From: Paraglomus brasilianum
Lineage: Eukaryota
Assembly (NCBI GenBank): GCA_910592345.1
Contig: CAJVPI010000014.1
Span: forward strand, 62,001-91,804
DNA length: 29,804 nucleotides
Reading direction: 5' to 3'
Part shown: piece by piece, positions 1 to 12,775 of the stretch
Layout: each line of letters opens with the position of its first letter
Numbering within the stretch: the stretch's first letter is position 1
Position numbers and translations under genes: made by a program
Notes under the pieces: model-generated
Seen by the model: the letters and a program-made list of their open reading frames with translations, nothing else
What the model was told of the DNA's origin: nothing
Database searches by the model: none

Positions 1-1027
1 GTGTATACCTGTGTAAGTACACAACCATTACGACATTATTTTCTTAATGAACAGTATTTTGTAAATATTTTACATCTTTCCTAACAATTCATCGCCTTGC
101 AACCGGCGTCTCTCATTTCTGTTTACAGTATTCATAATGCTGCTGAAGTTGATGTTCTTGCTGCTTATGAGTTTCCAAATCCTTAATCTGGTCTTCTTAT
201 TCCAAAACAAAAATATCAAAGACGATGATACTAGCAATACTCCAACTATCATATTCCAAATAGTAATGGTTTCCATTATTATCCCTATGGTGGCGATAGC
301 ATGGTGGGGAGTAAGTACAAGCGACAATGTGAAGGGGTTGTAAAGATTAGTAATGAATTGGATTAGTTATCTCGTATAGTTTTCAATGAATTAACCGGAA
401 CTTTGTATTCATAGGTACGGCGGGAAAACATATTGGCAATGTTCGTCTTTGCACTAATAGCTCTCACGACCATTGTTTACTTCATCTATGTTCTCGCTAG
501 ATTTATCATTAGTAGAGACGAAAATATACTAACCTTATTGGTAAGGCGCTTAACCTCGGGAGTTGAGACAAAGTTTGGTCTATTTTTTTATGATATTAAA
601 TTTAATTATTAATTACTCTTTACAGGACATATTAGGAATAGCACTATGTATAGCATCTATGTCAGTTGCATACATGGCAGTTCGTAATTTCGGTAAATGT
701 CGAATGAATGGATGGATGAATGAATTTGATGTTTTATTGATAACCAATTAATTCTAACCGCATATTTATTTTCGATTATAAAAAATACACTTGTGTAGAC
801 GGAGGATTAAAAGATCTTTGTAAGTACAGTTTTTTGATTCCGTTTACCTCGTTCCATCGACTCTTTTCCGAATACTATATTTATCTTTTTATTCATTATC
901 GTTCTTTACTCTTCTCTCCTATAATATAGTCGACAAAAATAATAGTACGCAAAATCAAAGCCTAGACCTTGGTGGCCTCGAATCAGGACAACCCGGCCGC
1001 AAACCCGGCAACATCATAATTGATTAA
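1..1027 (+). CDS. UPF0658-family (fungal Golgi-type) multi-pass membrane protein, 3' part; 5' end lies outside the window
   Basis: Hand-spliced exons <1-12, 129-310, 415-540, 626-692, 799-819 and 930-1027 (all GT-AG) give an open frame: ...VYLLFIMLLKLMF...AWWGVRRENILAM...MAVRNFDGGLKDL...NIIID*. The hydrophobic segments and the LLK, VRREN, NFxxGLK and terminal ID motifs match my recollection of this family. Confidence 0.7.
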
Positions 1028-3685
1028 CATTCAACGACAGTTCATGCCTTTTCCTCAAAGTCCTTGTTACTACTAATGACTATCGGATTGGTGTATATTT
1101 GGTGCGATATAAGGAGTGTATAGTACATGGTTATGGGCGGGGGTTATTATTTACAATCTCGTTCTTATTCTTATTATAGTCCTTGTTTTATCTCGTGGGA
1201 AAGGTTTTGTAAGATCATGTATTCCAGATTTCCTTTCTGTGTTCGAAGTATACCATTTTATTGTATTCGAGAGTTTCATACTCTGTTAATATTATTTTGT
1301 CGTTGCATTCTCCTCATTGAGCACGCGACAGATATGATGTTGCGGACTTTTGTTTCTCCTTTCTTGGTTGTCTCTTGTTGTTTCTGTTTATATTACACAT
1401 ACGTTTTTTTGTATTATGAATAGAATTATTGTTGATGTATTGTTACTTTGTTTTGTCTTCTTGTTCCAATTGTCATATTATAATCGTTATGTATTTCTCT
1501 AATTATGTTTGCCTCGACATTATCATCCTTAGGATGGTGGATAGTCATGCGGGTTAATGGATACAAAGTGGGAGTTTTTTTAGCATATACTGTTCTTGCT
1601 GCTATTTATGGTTTCGTTGTGTGTAGTCCTATTGTTTTTTTGTCGCATAAAAATCTACACTTATTTTAATAACAATTAGAGGTGTGCGGAAATATGAATG
1701 TGTGAAGGCTGGTTGTTTGATGGCAAGGCAATCTAGCCGACAGCGCAATCTCAGAGTCGAGTGAACGAGGAATACCTGTGCTATGCGAAGACCATATTTA
1801 TAGACAATGCTGCACATAACATCTTAATCTGAATAATCTATTTCTGGCTTGGTTATTCTCACGGAAGTAAAACTTGTTGCATTCAGATCTGACGATAATT
1901 GAGCGTCTGCAAGCGCTAATCTTCCTGTGAATAACTTCTACGTAGGTGATGGGATATACGAAAAGTTACATATCATACGTGCTAACAATATACTTACGCA
2001 ATCAAAACTGTGATTATAGAGATTCCTTCGTTCTGCTCCTAAAACTAAACGATACAATAATTCACTGATTGGCAATCGTTTGGAGGAAATCCGGGGTGTT
2101 TGCATATGAATCTCAGCAGCAATTGACCGAAGATTTTAATGGTTAGCGTGTATGATTTTAGTTTCTCGGTCCCAACTTCATTGATCCTCGTATGGGGTTT
2201 GTCCGATATCGATATATGGCGAAACTGGCTAATTTAGTTACATCTGTTACACGACTAAATTAGCTAACGACAGAACTTGTCACGCACGTTTTTATTTTTC
2301 ACATGGGTGTCCTAAAGTTAGAATGGGAAGGTCGTTATTGACAAGCATCCTGCTCTTTTAAATTCTCCTATCAAAAGTTTCACGTTCCTCATGGATAATG
2401 TATTGGGTCTAAAGTAGGAACTTAAAGGCTATTATCAAAGTGCAAGATTGACACATAAGGCCCACCTCTTCGAGTTTATTAACCCATTATAATCCATATT
2501 GTTTGCAAAGCATATTAGAAAAATGACATCTAGAAGAAATGTAATGAAATAGCATAGAAATTTACTTCCCGTAGCCGGGCAGCTTCTTCAAACAATTTGG
2601 TTTTTGTTTGTCTTCTCACACCTGACATGAAGAGAAAGTGAGTAAAGATGCTTTATCTTTTTTTTTGCCATGCAATTTGATACACGTATGTAAACTAGCC
2701 GCGGACAAATACGCAACCTTTCCTGATACTATACCGTACACATTATTTCATGATGTACTCACCAACAAGCCCGCAACCAGTTCTAGTACTAACAAAGTGG
2801 AGGGCACTTATTTTAGGCTTTAGAACTTCCGAAGCGAAGGATTATCCGTCTTCTCCCAAAGTCTATGTATACAAATTTACATCATATAGCTTTACGTTTA
2901 TAAGGAAAAGGCATATATGTTTACATTACCACGAAATTTGTACGCAGCACAAAAAAGTATCAACGAGCATTGGCCTTGTCAGATTGATACACGTCTCGGG
3001 TAATGACCTTGAGATTTAGCGTCTTCAATCGGAACCTTTGACTATCCCCACTATCGATAATAATAAGTCAATTAGTGACCTTTAAAAGTACTCACTATGC
3101 GTGATTGTCTTGTACACGCTGTCCCTAACCTCGAGTATTACGTCTACTTCTTTTGACGGGATTAATTTCAAAAGCCTGTAGGTCGGGGAAAGTCTTCTAT
3201 GCTAAACGCGTTTATAGAAATTAAATGATAATCCTCGTGTCAAAGAATCGATGGCAAGATCGATTTCGTAACTGCTGATTCGGAAAGCGTTTTACATTTT
3301 AACCAGCGATTGAGGTAACCACGCCAGGGTAATAACGAAAATTTTTGATATTTATAGCGCTTGATTTATTAGAACTCGAAGAGCTATTCTAATTGACATA
3401 AGAACAAATACTGAAATAAAAGAATCGAATATGCTTCTTGGGGAATTTTCCCTAAACTCTGCTTTCGCGTAATTAAAGTGACAGCATATTTTGTTGTCGT
3501 GAATTCCTGAGCGAAGGAATACGTCATCATTGTACTTGAAGAGCAGAAAGTGAGTCACTTTAGACAACTCTCTGTGTTATCGCGTCTATGATCGTCAGAG
3601 GATTGTTTCCGAGGTTAGTTAGACCGAAAGCTTGCTTATTAAATTGATCATCACATCACCTTTCTCTATTTGGTGACCTTCAACT

Positions 3686-5052
3686 ATGAACGTCGAATTT
3701 CTTCTCCCCGAGGCACATCAAAATGACGACGATGATGTAGAAATGCCAGATGTCAGTGATAAGTTTGTTACTCCAGGAGAAACAATCAGTGTCAATGCTC
3801 AGTATATGAGGTTTGGAATAGACGCTATTATCATATTCACTTTGTAAGAACTTTAAACATTATATCGTTAAGTAGGAGTCACGGAACATTCTCGGACGAA
3901 AAGGACGGGATAATAAAATCGTCTCTTGCAGGAAAAGTCGAGATTGTTAACAAGTTAATCTCCGTGCGCACAGTGCATTCGCGGTAAGCAATGCTCCATA
4001 ATGGCCACTCTCCGCTTACTCGTAACCTAAAATATGTTAGCCGTTAATAAAGTTATAACGCAGAAATAGGCGACTTGATCGTTGGGCGAATAACAGAGGT
4101 AAAAAAAAAAAAAGATAGCGTAATGTTTCTCACACACGTCAAAGGCATGCTGAATTAGAATGGGATTGGGTACTGTAGGTTGCTCAAAAACGATGGAAAG
4201 TCGATATCAATTCTAGGCAGGATGCTGTATTGCTCTTATCGGCCATTAACCTCCCTGGGGGCGTTATGGTTAGTTTGCACACTTGTAAGTGCCGCCTGTG
4301 AAAGCAGTATCAAGTAGTTTGAAGTATTCATAGATCGATAAACTTCTGAATGCAGAGACGGAAAACAGAGGAAGATGAATTGCAGATGCGTGAATATTTT
4401 TCAGATGGAGACATCCTAGCGGTACGAACGGTCATGTTTAATTGGGTTTTTTTTTCGTGCCGCGCATTAGAGGTTAAACCGTTGTTGCTTAGGCGGAAGT
4501 TTCGGGAACCTTTCAAGATGGTGCAGCATCTATACAAACAAGAAATCACAAATATGGCAAGGTAAAGCATAACGTGTGAGGGCAGCCTAACCTTTGTTCT
4601 TCTTTGCCAGAACAATTTGTCGATCTTTACGTTTTTCGATAAAATTGTCTCTAGCTGAAAAACGGTTCATTTGTGAGCGTTCCTCCATCTCTGGTCCAAC
4701 GCTGCAAGACACACTTTCATGTTTTGTCGTGCGGTGTCGATGTTGTACTTGGATTGAATGGATATATATGGGTTTGCAAACATACTCCTCCACTTCAAGA
4801 TGTAGATTTGGAGGCTATCTATTCGAATGAGAATGAGGTCAGTACCTATGCGTCGAAACGTCCAGACCTTTTATTGAAACCCTTTTGTAACCTTAAATTT
4901 TGAACGTGTAGCCGATCAGCGATACAACAAGAGAATCAATAGCTCGGGTATGCAATTGTATCACTTCCCTCGCTCGAAAGTTCATGATCATTAATGATTC
5001 TAGTATTACTCTCGCATACGAAGCATCATTTGAGACGCAGAATGTTGATTAG
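3686..5052 (+). CDS. RRP4: RNA exosome cap subunit Rrp4 (S1/KH domains), 8 exons, 275 aa
   Basis: Exons 3686-3810, 3876-3983, 4053-4098, 4179-4268, 4356-4421, 4493-4561, 4655-4837 and 4912-5052. Motifs: VTPGETI, VNKLISV, RYNAEIGDLIVGRITEVAQKRWKVDI, NLPGG, RRKTEEDELQMR, KYGKLKNG, LGLNGYIWV. Confidence 0.96.
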
Positions 5053-5728
5053 ACTCTGCAGTAAATGGAAATAAGATATAATAGATTACGCATTTGAAAT
5101 GACGGTTGATGAACGGAATGCTCATATGATTGTGCCAAAGAATTGATTTTTTTCAACTGTCAAGTCCCAAATTTAATTGACCAGTTGAGTATGTACCTAT
5201 ACTCAACAGACTAAGAAGCAAGTATGGGCTGAAGAATTTGATACTTTCCCGATAAACGGAAATTTCAAGACACAAAGTTTTTAATGTATATTTTCGCGTT
5301 TCAAGATAAAATCATTTCTTAGCTAATATCAGGAGTGGTGCAATGCAAACAGAACGTACAGTATATCATATTGGGTGTTTGGCCTATTTACTAATTTTAA
5401 TAGTGTCTTACTTTGAAAATATTCTATCCATTTGATTTAATAACATACGCAACGTGATACTGTTTGGCAGCGTTCTATAAGGAAACGCAATGCTATAAAA
5501 TAAAATATTTGTTGTTGAAAATATCGAATGCCTGTCAATCTATATGAATGTTCGATTCAAATCATTAATACTTGCAGATGCATTTATCCAGCTTACGGGT
5601 AATTTATCTTAATACACATTCTCTCCATTTATATATTTTCCGCTAGAATGGATTCTAGGCTTATCCAAATAATAAGCCTGTTTCAGTAAAATAATTTCCT
5701 TCCGCCCGTCCCAATCAAATAAACTTCT

Positions 5729-8652
5729 TCAGCCAGTCCCCAAAAATATTTCCCAAATAGCCCCTGGCTCTATATAATTATGATGCACTAAATTTAATAG
5801 CCACCATGTGTTTCCAATGTGATTCAGCAATTGCTGGGAGGACGATCCTGGCGGATAAAGATGTTCCCATTCTGTCCAAAGCGCAAATGCCTCCTCCTAA
5901 ACATTTGAAATGAAAAGAGAGAATATATGAAAAGGATCAGACTTTAATCGAACAATAGGGTGGTTTAAGGCAATTTTTGATTCTAATATGTAAATCGCCT
6001 TACCTTCCATGTCTTGAACGATACTTCTTCAATAATAGTTGGCTGAACAATCTCTTTACCAGGGAATACGCCCCATGTAACAGCAGACGGCGAATCCTCT
6101 TTGACATTTGTTCGAAATTCACCCTATGTAAGCACCGAGTAAATTTAGCATCCGTGTTCTATTTAAGATTTTGTTCTCAAAACATAATATATCTTCCGTC
6201 TGATTTCTGTTCACATACCCTACGATTAGCGGCATAATAAGTAATCCATGGACTTTCCCCAGCTTTCTCTAGAATTTTTTCCAACATCTCCTCGCTCACA
6301 AAGCATTCCACAAAAGCTTTCTGATAGACATATCCCCCTCTTGGACCCCATCCAAATACCGGATCATCACTTCTTGCTCCATTCACTGCAGGCTGTGACG
6401 AAATTGTCCAGAAGCCAAGTTGATTGAGTTGAAGAAGTTTGACGCGTATAGCATCCGTTTCGGCAATTAAAGGCTCTTCAGACCAAGGTAAAAGTGGAGT
6501 GTTGCCAGAAATATAGGATATGAAGAGCTGCGTTATGTCCGCAATTGTGGTTGGGTGGTTCCAGTATGTTAAGGCATTCGGAACCTTGAGGTAAGAAAGT
6601 GCAGGTGTAGAAAATAACGTCATGAGAATGTATACAGTCCAACGATAAAATACCTAAAGCTATATAAGAAATTTATAGCAACGGAACGCTACCGGAAGTA
6701 TGTCACTTACAGGAATTTTTACGGTCCCACCATATCCGTCAACCTCACCAAAAGCTTCAAACAATAACCGATATTTGGTTATCTTTTCGTTACTTCATTG
6801 AATACGAGTATCAAAAAGTCTTACCAGGCGATTGTGAACTTCCAAACCGACCGTTTGGGAAATTATCCCAATCCTCGGCTCTTCCGACATAGTCTACACC
6901 TTGATTTTTCCATATTAACGGCTTAGCTACCGGAACACTTCCATCTAGTTCCTGCGAAAGCAATAACGTAAATACAGAATGAAAATGGGAATGATTAAAC
7001 ACCGTTATTTTAATATCAAATTCTTTTACCTCTTTTATAATCCCGTTACCATGTAGAAAAGTGCTAGATCTTCTTCGATTGTTAGGTGCTCGAATTCTTT
7101 GTTCTTCCGTCAGTACCAAACCCAACTTTTCCAGAATCAGTCTAACGGATTTCTCAAGATTCAGCGTACATAAATGAAACCCGCATATATTGTAATTCTG
7201 ACGTAGCGTCGAAATCATTGTAAAAGCCAATTGCACTCCGTAGTCTTTAACTGCCTGGTCATCGTGCTTTAGTGAGAATTTGAAAGACAGTAAGTAATTT
7301 TATAAAGGGAGAAATATTGACGAAATACAGGAAAGCATGCATATATGCTAGTACAGAATAAGAGGTAACAGTTTAAGATGAGGATATGGCTAGAAAACCA
7401 AAAATGTTATCAAACCTAGCCTCTTCAGATAACTACCTTAATTGGTTCCAATGCATTCAAGATGCTTGACGGTACGCATACTTTACACAGGTTAATTATT
7501 CGCCTAAAACTATTGTACCCTTGTATTGGCATGATTCCTGGTATGATCGGTACAGTTATTCCTGAAAGGACATTTTTTTTTTACGTCAGCATATGGTATA
7601 CATGTCCACTTACTCTGCAAAGAAAGGCAGAGCTCTACTAACCGATCTTTCTGCATTCCTTCTCCCATTCAACAAAGATATCAACGTCAAAAAACATCTG
7701 CGTTATTATAAAGTCAGCTCCAGCGTCAACCTTTTCTTTGAGAAATCTCAAGTCCTGCTGTTTGTTATCTGAATCTGGGTATCCCTCAGGGTATCCTGCA
7801 TACCACAACAAGATATATTAGTCAAGTCACTGGATTACTCCCACCTCTAATTCAAACTTACCAGCAACTCCGATACAAAAATAGTCGCCATATTCTCGTC
7901 TTATAAATTTCACTAAATCGAGTGCGTAATTAAATTCACTATCGCACGATGACCAAAACTCTTGTCCACGTGGAGGATCTTTGGAAGTGTGCGAATGAAA
8001 GAGGGGGATGTGACAGACGATAATTAAACGGAATGTTGTATTATTAGCTCAACGGTAATAGTGACCATAGACAGTGACGAAAGCTAATCAGATAATGTTA
8101 CCTCCGCGTAGAGCCAATATGTTTTGAATTCCGTTGTCTTTTGCATCCTACGAGACATAAGTTATGAAATCATGATTAGAGATTCAACACACTGTAGTCA
8201 GGACGTTTTTCATTCTGTAAATCCATTTGCAATTATCAAAATATCTCGATCGTTCATTCATCAGTTTCTCATTATCCAATTTAATATACTAACATTCAGG
8301 GCTCCCTTGATAATATCCCTGTTAACATTAGTACATGTCAAGTGCATACACGTCTCAAGTCCGAATCCACTTTGAGAAATGGCACACATTTCGCTTGTTC
8401 GTTCGACTGTGCTCCCACCTGCCCCCCAAGTGAACGAGGCAAATAGAGGGTTCAGGTAGGACATACGCTTCAGTCTATCATATAAATTCGCTAGTCCCTA
8501 TGGAAAGAGAAACAGAAGGTTGGACATTATGAGAAAGCATGGGAATATAGGATCAAGACAGTGATTACCTCTTCGGTTTTTGGAGGAAAGTATTCAAATG
8601 AATAAAACGGTTGACCAGACGGTAGATTTACTAGCTTGTCGATTATTTTCAT
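5729..8652 (-). CDS. MTHFR: Methylenetetrahydrofolate reductase (eukaryotic type with C-terminal SAM-regulatory domain; MET12/MET13 family), 12 exons
   Basis: Start MKIIDKL at 8652. Motifs: FSYEF-like [120 protein letters not shown]. Stop TGA at 5729-5731. Confidence 0.97.
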
Positions 8653-8731
8653 TATAATATTTTGTGGATATAAAATTAAGTAGACATACTATCCACATTG
8701 ATCATTAAGAGCGAAGAGGGCGTCGCGACCA

Positions 8732-8738
8732 TCACGTG
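8732..8738. promoter_or_regulatory. TCACGTG E-box (Cbf1/CDEI-type motif) about 80 bp upstream of the MTHFR start
   Basis: Exact TCACGTG match. This motif is the Cbf1 site of yeast MET gene promoters. Function here is inferred only. Confidence 0.35.
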
Positions 8739-9429
8739 GACAAGGGAACGAGATTAACGTTACTAAATACCAAAAAGGGAAAAAAAGACCTTGTTTGTTA
8801 CTGCAAATACCTGCATTAGCCAATTTCGGGCTGGCTAACGCTACCTGCCTTTTTACTTTTAAGCAAAGCTCTCAACATTTGGTGGATACAGAGTTTTGGG
8901 TATTGAATTATTTAAAAAGGCTTTGCGAACTACCAACAAAATGCTTAATCTCAAGTGACTTGGATCCCACCCTTTTTTAATGCTGCAAGCATGCTTTCAA
9001 ACGTAAGGGCATATTTATTACCACCAACAATCATAGGATCCGTAAAACGCGGGCCTTTACTTTCACTTTCCTTTTGAGCATAATTGCATCTCATTGTACA
9101 AGTAATTCTGGTTCGCATGCAACAACGAAAAGAGGCTCAAATGAGCCAAGTTTTCAATCTTATGATCTACTAAAGTTCAGCCTACTGGAAAGAGGTTTGT
9201 TGGCCACTCATTCGAAAACGGTTATTTGTATCGTGTTTAGGAATCAGATTTTATTGTTGAATTAGTAACTTCGTTCTATTACTGTTTTGTACCAAAATAG
9301 TTTTTTTTTCTACTATTGAAATCGACATCTGAAGATATTCTAACACAAGGTGTTACTGTGAAACCTTCAGGAACGGTTTTTTACATATTAGGGTGCTCCC
9401 ATATTTGGTAACGTTTCGAGTTACTTGTA

Positions 9430-12064
9430 TTAAATCCTACTTCCGAAATAATAACTTTCATCAATGAGGTCATTGATGCTGGGATCCCACATATGTCCCT
9501 GGACGTATTTAACCAAACTATGCCACCTGGGCCCTTTCAAGTTCTTCAGTTCATTAAGATGTCCTCTACATAATTTTAATGCCTCGGGATCCCGCGCAAA
9601 GCCCTCCCGTACAGCTTCTACAATAACAGCAGCAGCAATTTCAGCAGATACAGCGCGAATGCGTGTTATAGACGGATATAGTAGTTCTTGAGCCCTTTCT
9701 TCATCGGTGAGAGAGCGAGCAAGAGCGGAAGAGGCAGCAAAGATCTGACGATCAGTGATTATAGGTGGACGAGCGAGAATTGCACCAAGACCGAGTCCGG
9801 GACTAGAAAAGAACGGTAACAATTAAGTTAGGACTCGTCGTAAGAAACTGAAACCAGGTACAATTGTAACTTTTGAGGTGATGCGTTTACTCATACTTAC
9901 AATATATACATATTGTTTCCTTGCCCTGGTACGTGAACTTTACCAGTTTGAGGTTCTGTGTATCGAGGGAAACCAGTGCCTGAAGCAAAAATAACTCTAT
10001 TGTTCGAGTGTATCATTGCCTAAATATGTAAAGTGTTAGTAAGTAATTGTAGAATAGTTTCAATTAATAATTACTCCGTTAAAATTGCCTCCCCAAAAGT
10101 ATAGTATCTTACAAGAAGCTAACCTGTTCAAATGTACATTCAGCATTTACAGACGGATTCGATAGTGGAAAGATTATTGGACGTTTGTTCAACTCTGCCA
10201 TTCGTTCTATGATGTCCGCAGAAAATACACCTCCTTGGGATGAAAGTCCGATAAGAGCAGTTGGCTTTACATAGTTGATGACATCCATTAAACTCTTGTA
10301 CTGCTGCCCGGCGTTGTCATTGCGAGCAAAGTAAACTTTATGTTTCGCTAACTTGTCGCCACGATCTGTTGTCACAAGACCCTATGGTGAAAAGACAATG
10401 AGTCAAATCGAAAATAATAGATATTTTTGTCAACCGTTATACACACCTTTGAGTCAACGAGCCATACACGCTTCTTGGCTATCTCCTCTTCCATGTCATG
10501 TTCTCTTATGAAAAAGTCTAATAACTGCTTAGCAACACCAACACCAGCAGATCCTGCCCCGAAGAAAAGCAGACGATGCTCGGTTGGGAGGATGTCGTTT
10601 TCTACAAGACGTACAGCATTCATGAAGCCAGACAAAATAACGGCGCCCGTGCCCTGAATATCGTCATTAAAGCAAAAGGTATTGTCTCTGTATTTTTCAA
10701 GCAAATCGAATGCCTATTGAAACAAGAAGTTGATTAGGATTCGGTTTGGTTACATGGAATTAGTAAAGATCATAAATTACGCACATGTTCTGATGAGAAA
10801 TCTTCAAATTGGATCAAAAGATTCGGATAAACATCATGGAGGGATTTTATTACTGCATCAACGAATGGATAAAACTGCAGGGTTTTTCAGGACGAAATGT
10901 TGTTAGTATTTCAAAAACGAATGGATACAAGTGTTGACATTTTCTCATTCACCTCATCGTCTCCGGCTCTCTTTTTCTTGGAACCCAAGTATAATTCATC
11001 GTTCAAGTTCTTCTCATTATTTGTCCCGATATCGAGAGTGATTGGGAGTGTACGTCGGGGATCTATTCCAGCAGCGGCGGTATAAAGTTGTAGCTTACCG
11101 ACAGGAATGCCCATTCCATTAACACCCAAATCACCGAGACCGAGGATACGTGATCCATCAGTAATTACGGTAATTTGTGGTGTGAGGGATTCATCGAATG
11201 GAAAGGGACGGTAATCTCTGATTATTTGCGTTAGACTTGGGAGGTCACTAAGAGAAAGGAACAAGCCATCTGGTACACCAGGAGGTGCAAGGAAAGGTGC
11301 AATGTGGGAGTATTCGAGGCATGCAGTGCCCACGGTTGGTGTGTATATTAGTGGGGTTATTTCCTGCGTAAAGGTGGTTATGGGGGTTGAGGTCAATGCG
11401 AATATTTCTTGCCGGGCTACTACTAATAATATGCTCCTTTGATTTTATTACTTACTTCCAACTCATCAATAACGATGCGATAGAACAACTTGACATTAGT
11501 ATTTCTCAACCAAGCAAGGAACATGTATTTCTCTAGGTTTGAAGATTTGGACCGTAGTTGAACTAGAGCACGCTTTTTCTGCAAGCCCATTGTTTCTACA
11601 GCACAGGGCAAGAGACCACGGGTATGTAATTCATCCCGTCGAGCTGTCGTTGTACTTGTACCTTATTGTTGGGAAAGAGTGAAGAGAATACGTTCGGATT
11701 AAACCAAAATGCAAACATGTTAAATAACCCGTTGGTAAGTTGGATAAGAAAACTCGAACGTTGAATTTCATTGTTGTGTGGAAACACCATCCCGTTAGAA
11801 ATGCCGAGCGCATAGTCTAACTGGAATCCGATAGGAGACACATATAATTGTTGGGGTGAACATACCTTGGTTGAGAAAATGTGATCTTGCGAGAAGGTCA
11901 ACACCGGCTTCGCTCGACAAAAATTTGCTATTAGTGATAGAATTTGGCATTACGGATTTGTTTAGGGGAAAAAATTTGGGAGACGACGCGTAGAAATTCC
12001 TCCATTGAAGGTCAGCGAAACGTTTTATGCATGTGAAAAAATGCGTGTAACTTCGAATAGTCAT
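9430..12064 (-). CDS. Malic enzyme (NAD(P)-dependent, oxaloacetate-decarboxylating), 8 exons
   Basis: Motifs after splicing: NQGT...RGLLP, PLIYTPTVGTAC, ITDGSRILGLGDLG, GIPVGKLQLY, IQFEDF, FNDDIQGTGAV, GAGSAGVG, PLSNP, ASGTGF, GQGNNMYIFPGLGLG. Basic/hydroxylated N-terminal extension; C-terminus GSRI*. Confidence 0.97.
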
Positions 12065-12715
12065 TTGTAATACTTTGGATCTGACAGTCGTTTTATTAGC
12101 ATCTATAATTGGCTTTCTTGGGTGGCTTTAAATTTCATTACTGACTGCAGGGGGAGTACAAAATAGAGACACAAGGATTGGGAAGCACTAACTCAAAAAA
12201 TCAAACCCTAATCTATTCTTATCGTTACTTCCATAAAGCTATTTGAAACACAGTTGAAATCACATTTTAGAATAAAGTGTAGATTATTGGTAGTTTGGTA
12301 CTTGACTATATGTGAGTCATCATTGTCTTTCCTAATTAGTAAAGCGATCTGAAAATGCAAGTCGAGAAGATCGTGCATGGCCGGCTTCAAATGCGTACGA
12401 TTATTGCCAATTTGAGACATGTCGGAGGAGTCCGCGTTTCATTTCGGGAACCCTTTACAAACTAAAACATGCAGATGGCTCGTCGCATGTCAACCCCCGT
12501 TCAAAAAAGACCCACGTAGACTTGGTGCCAAGTCCACCTTACACTGTCAGGTGTTTGTACATCGCAACAGTTGTACATCGGTTTTTCCGAAATGTTTGTT
12601 TTGAAAGTAATACAACTTTGGAGAGCATGTTATTGGACGAGAATGTTTAGACAATAGAAATACATTAATAGAAATAATGAACCAAAACCGATCAGTAAAA
12701 GATTGTATTAGGTAA

Positions 12716-12775
12716 TAAAGGCAGTCAAATATGTCTATCAATTGCTAAAGGCAGTCAAATATGTCTATTAATTGC
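12716..12775. repeat. 30-bp tandem duplication (2 copies, 1 mismatch)
   Basis: taaaggcagtcaaatatgtctat(c/t)aattgc at 12716-12745 and 12746-12775. Confidence 0.9.

Noticed and set aside
2324..3196. GGGAAGGTC and GGGAAAGTC motifs resembling RNase P/MRP CR-I
   Set aside because: No matching CR-V/P4 partner found at a plausible distance.
1127..3567. Short ORFs of 60-98 aa in the first intergenic interval
   Set aside because: No recognisable motifs, low-complexity T-rich composition, and no consistent splice pattern.
8197..8264. C/D snoRNA-like boxes (CTGATGA...CTGA) in MTHFR intron 2, with a segment resembling the complement of 18S GGAYGTTTTCATT
   Set aside because: The C box is imperfect, an extra base breaks the guide to about 8 bp, and there is no terminal stem. 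A snoscan run would settle it.
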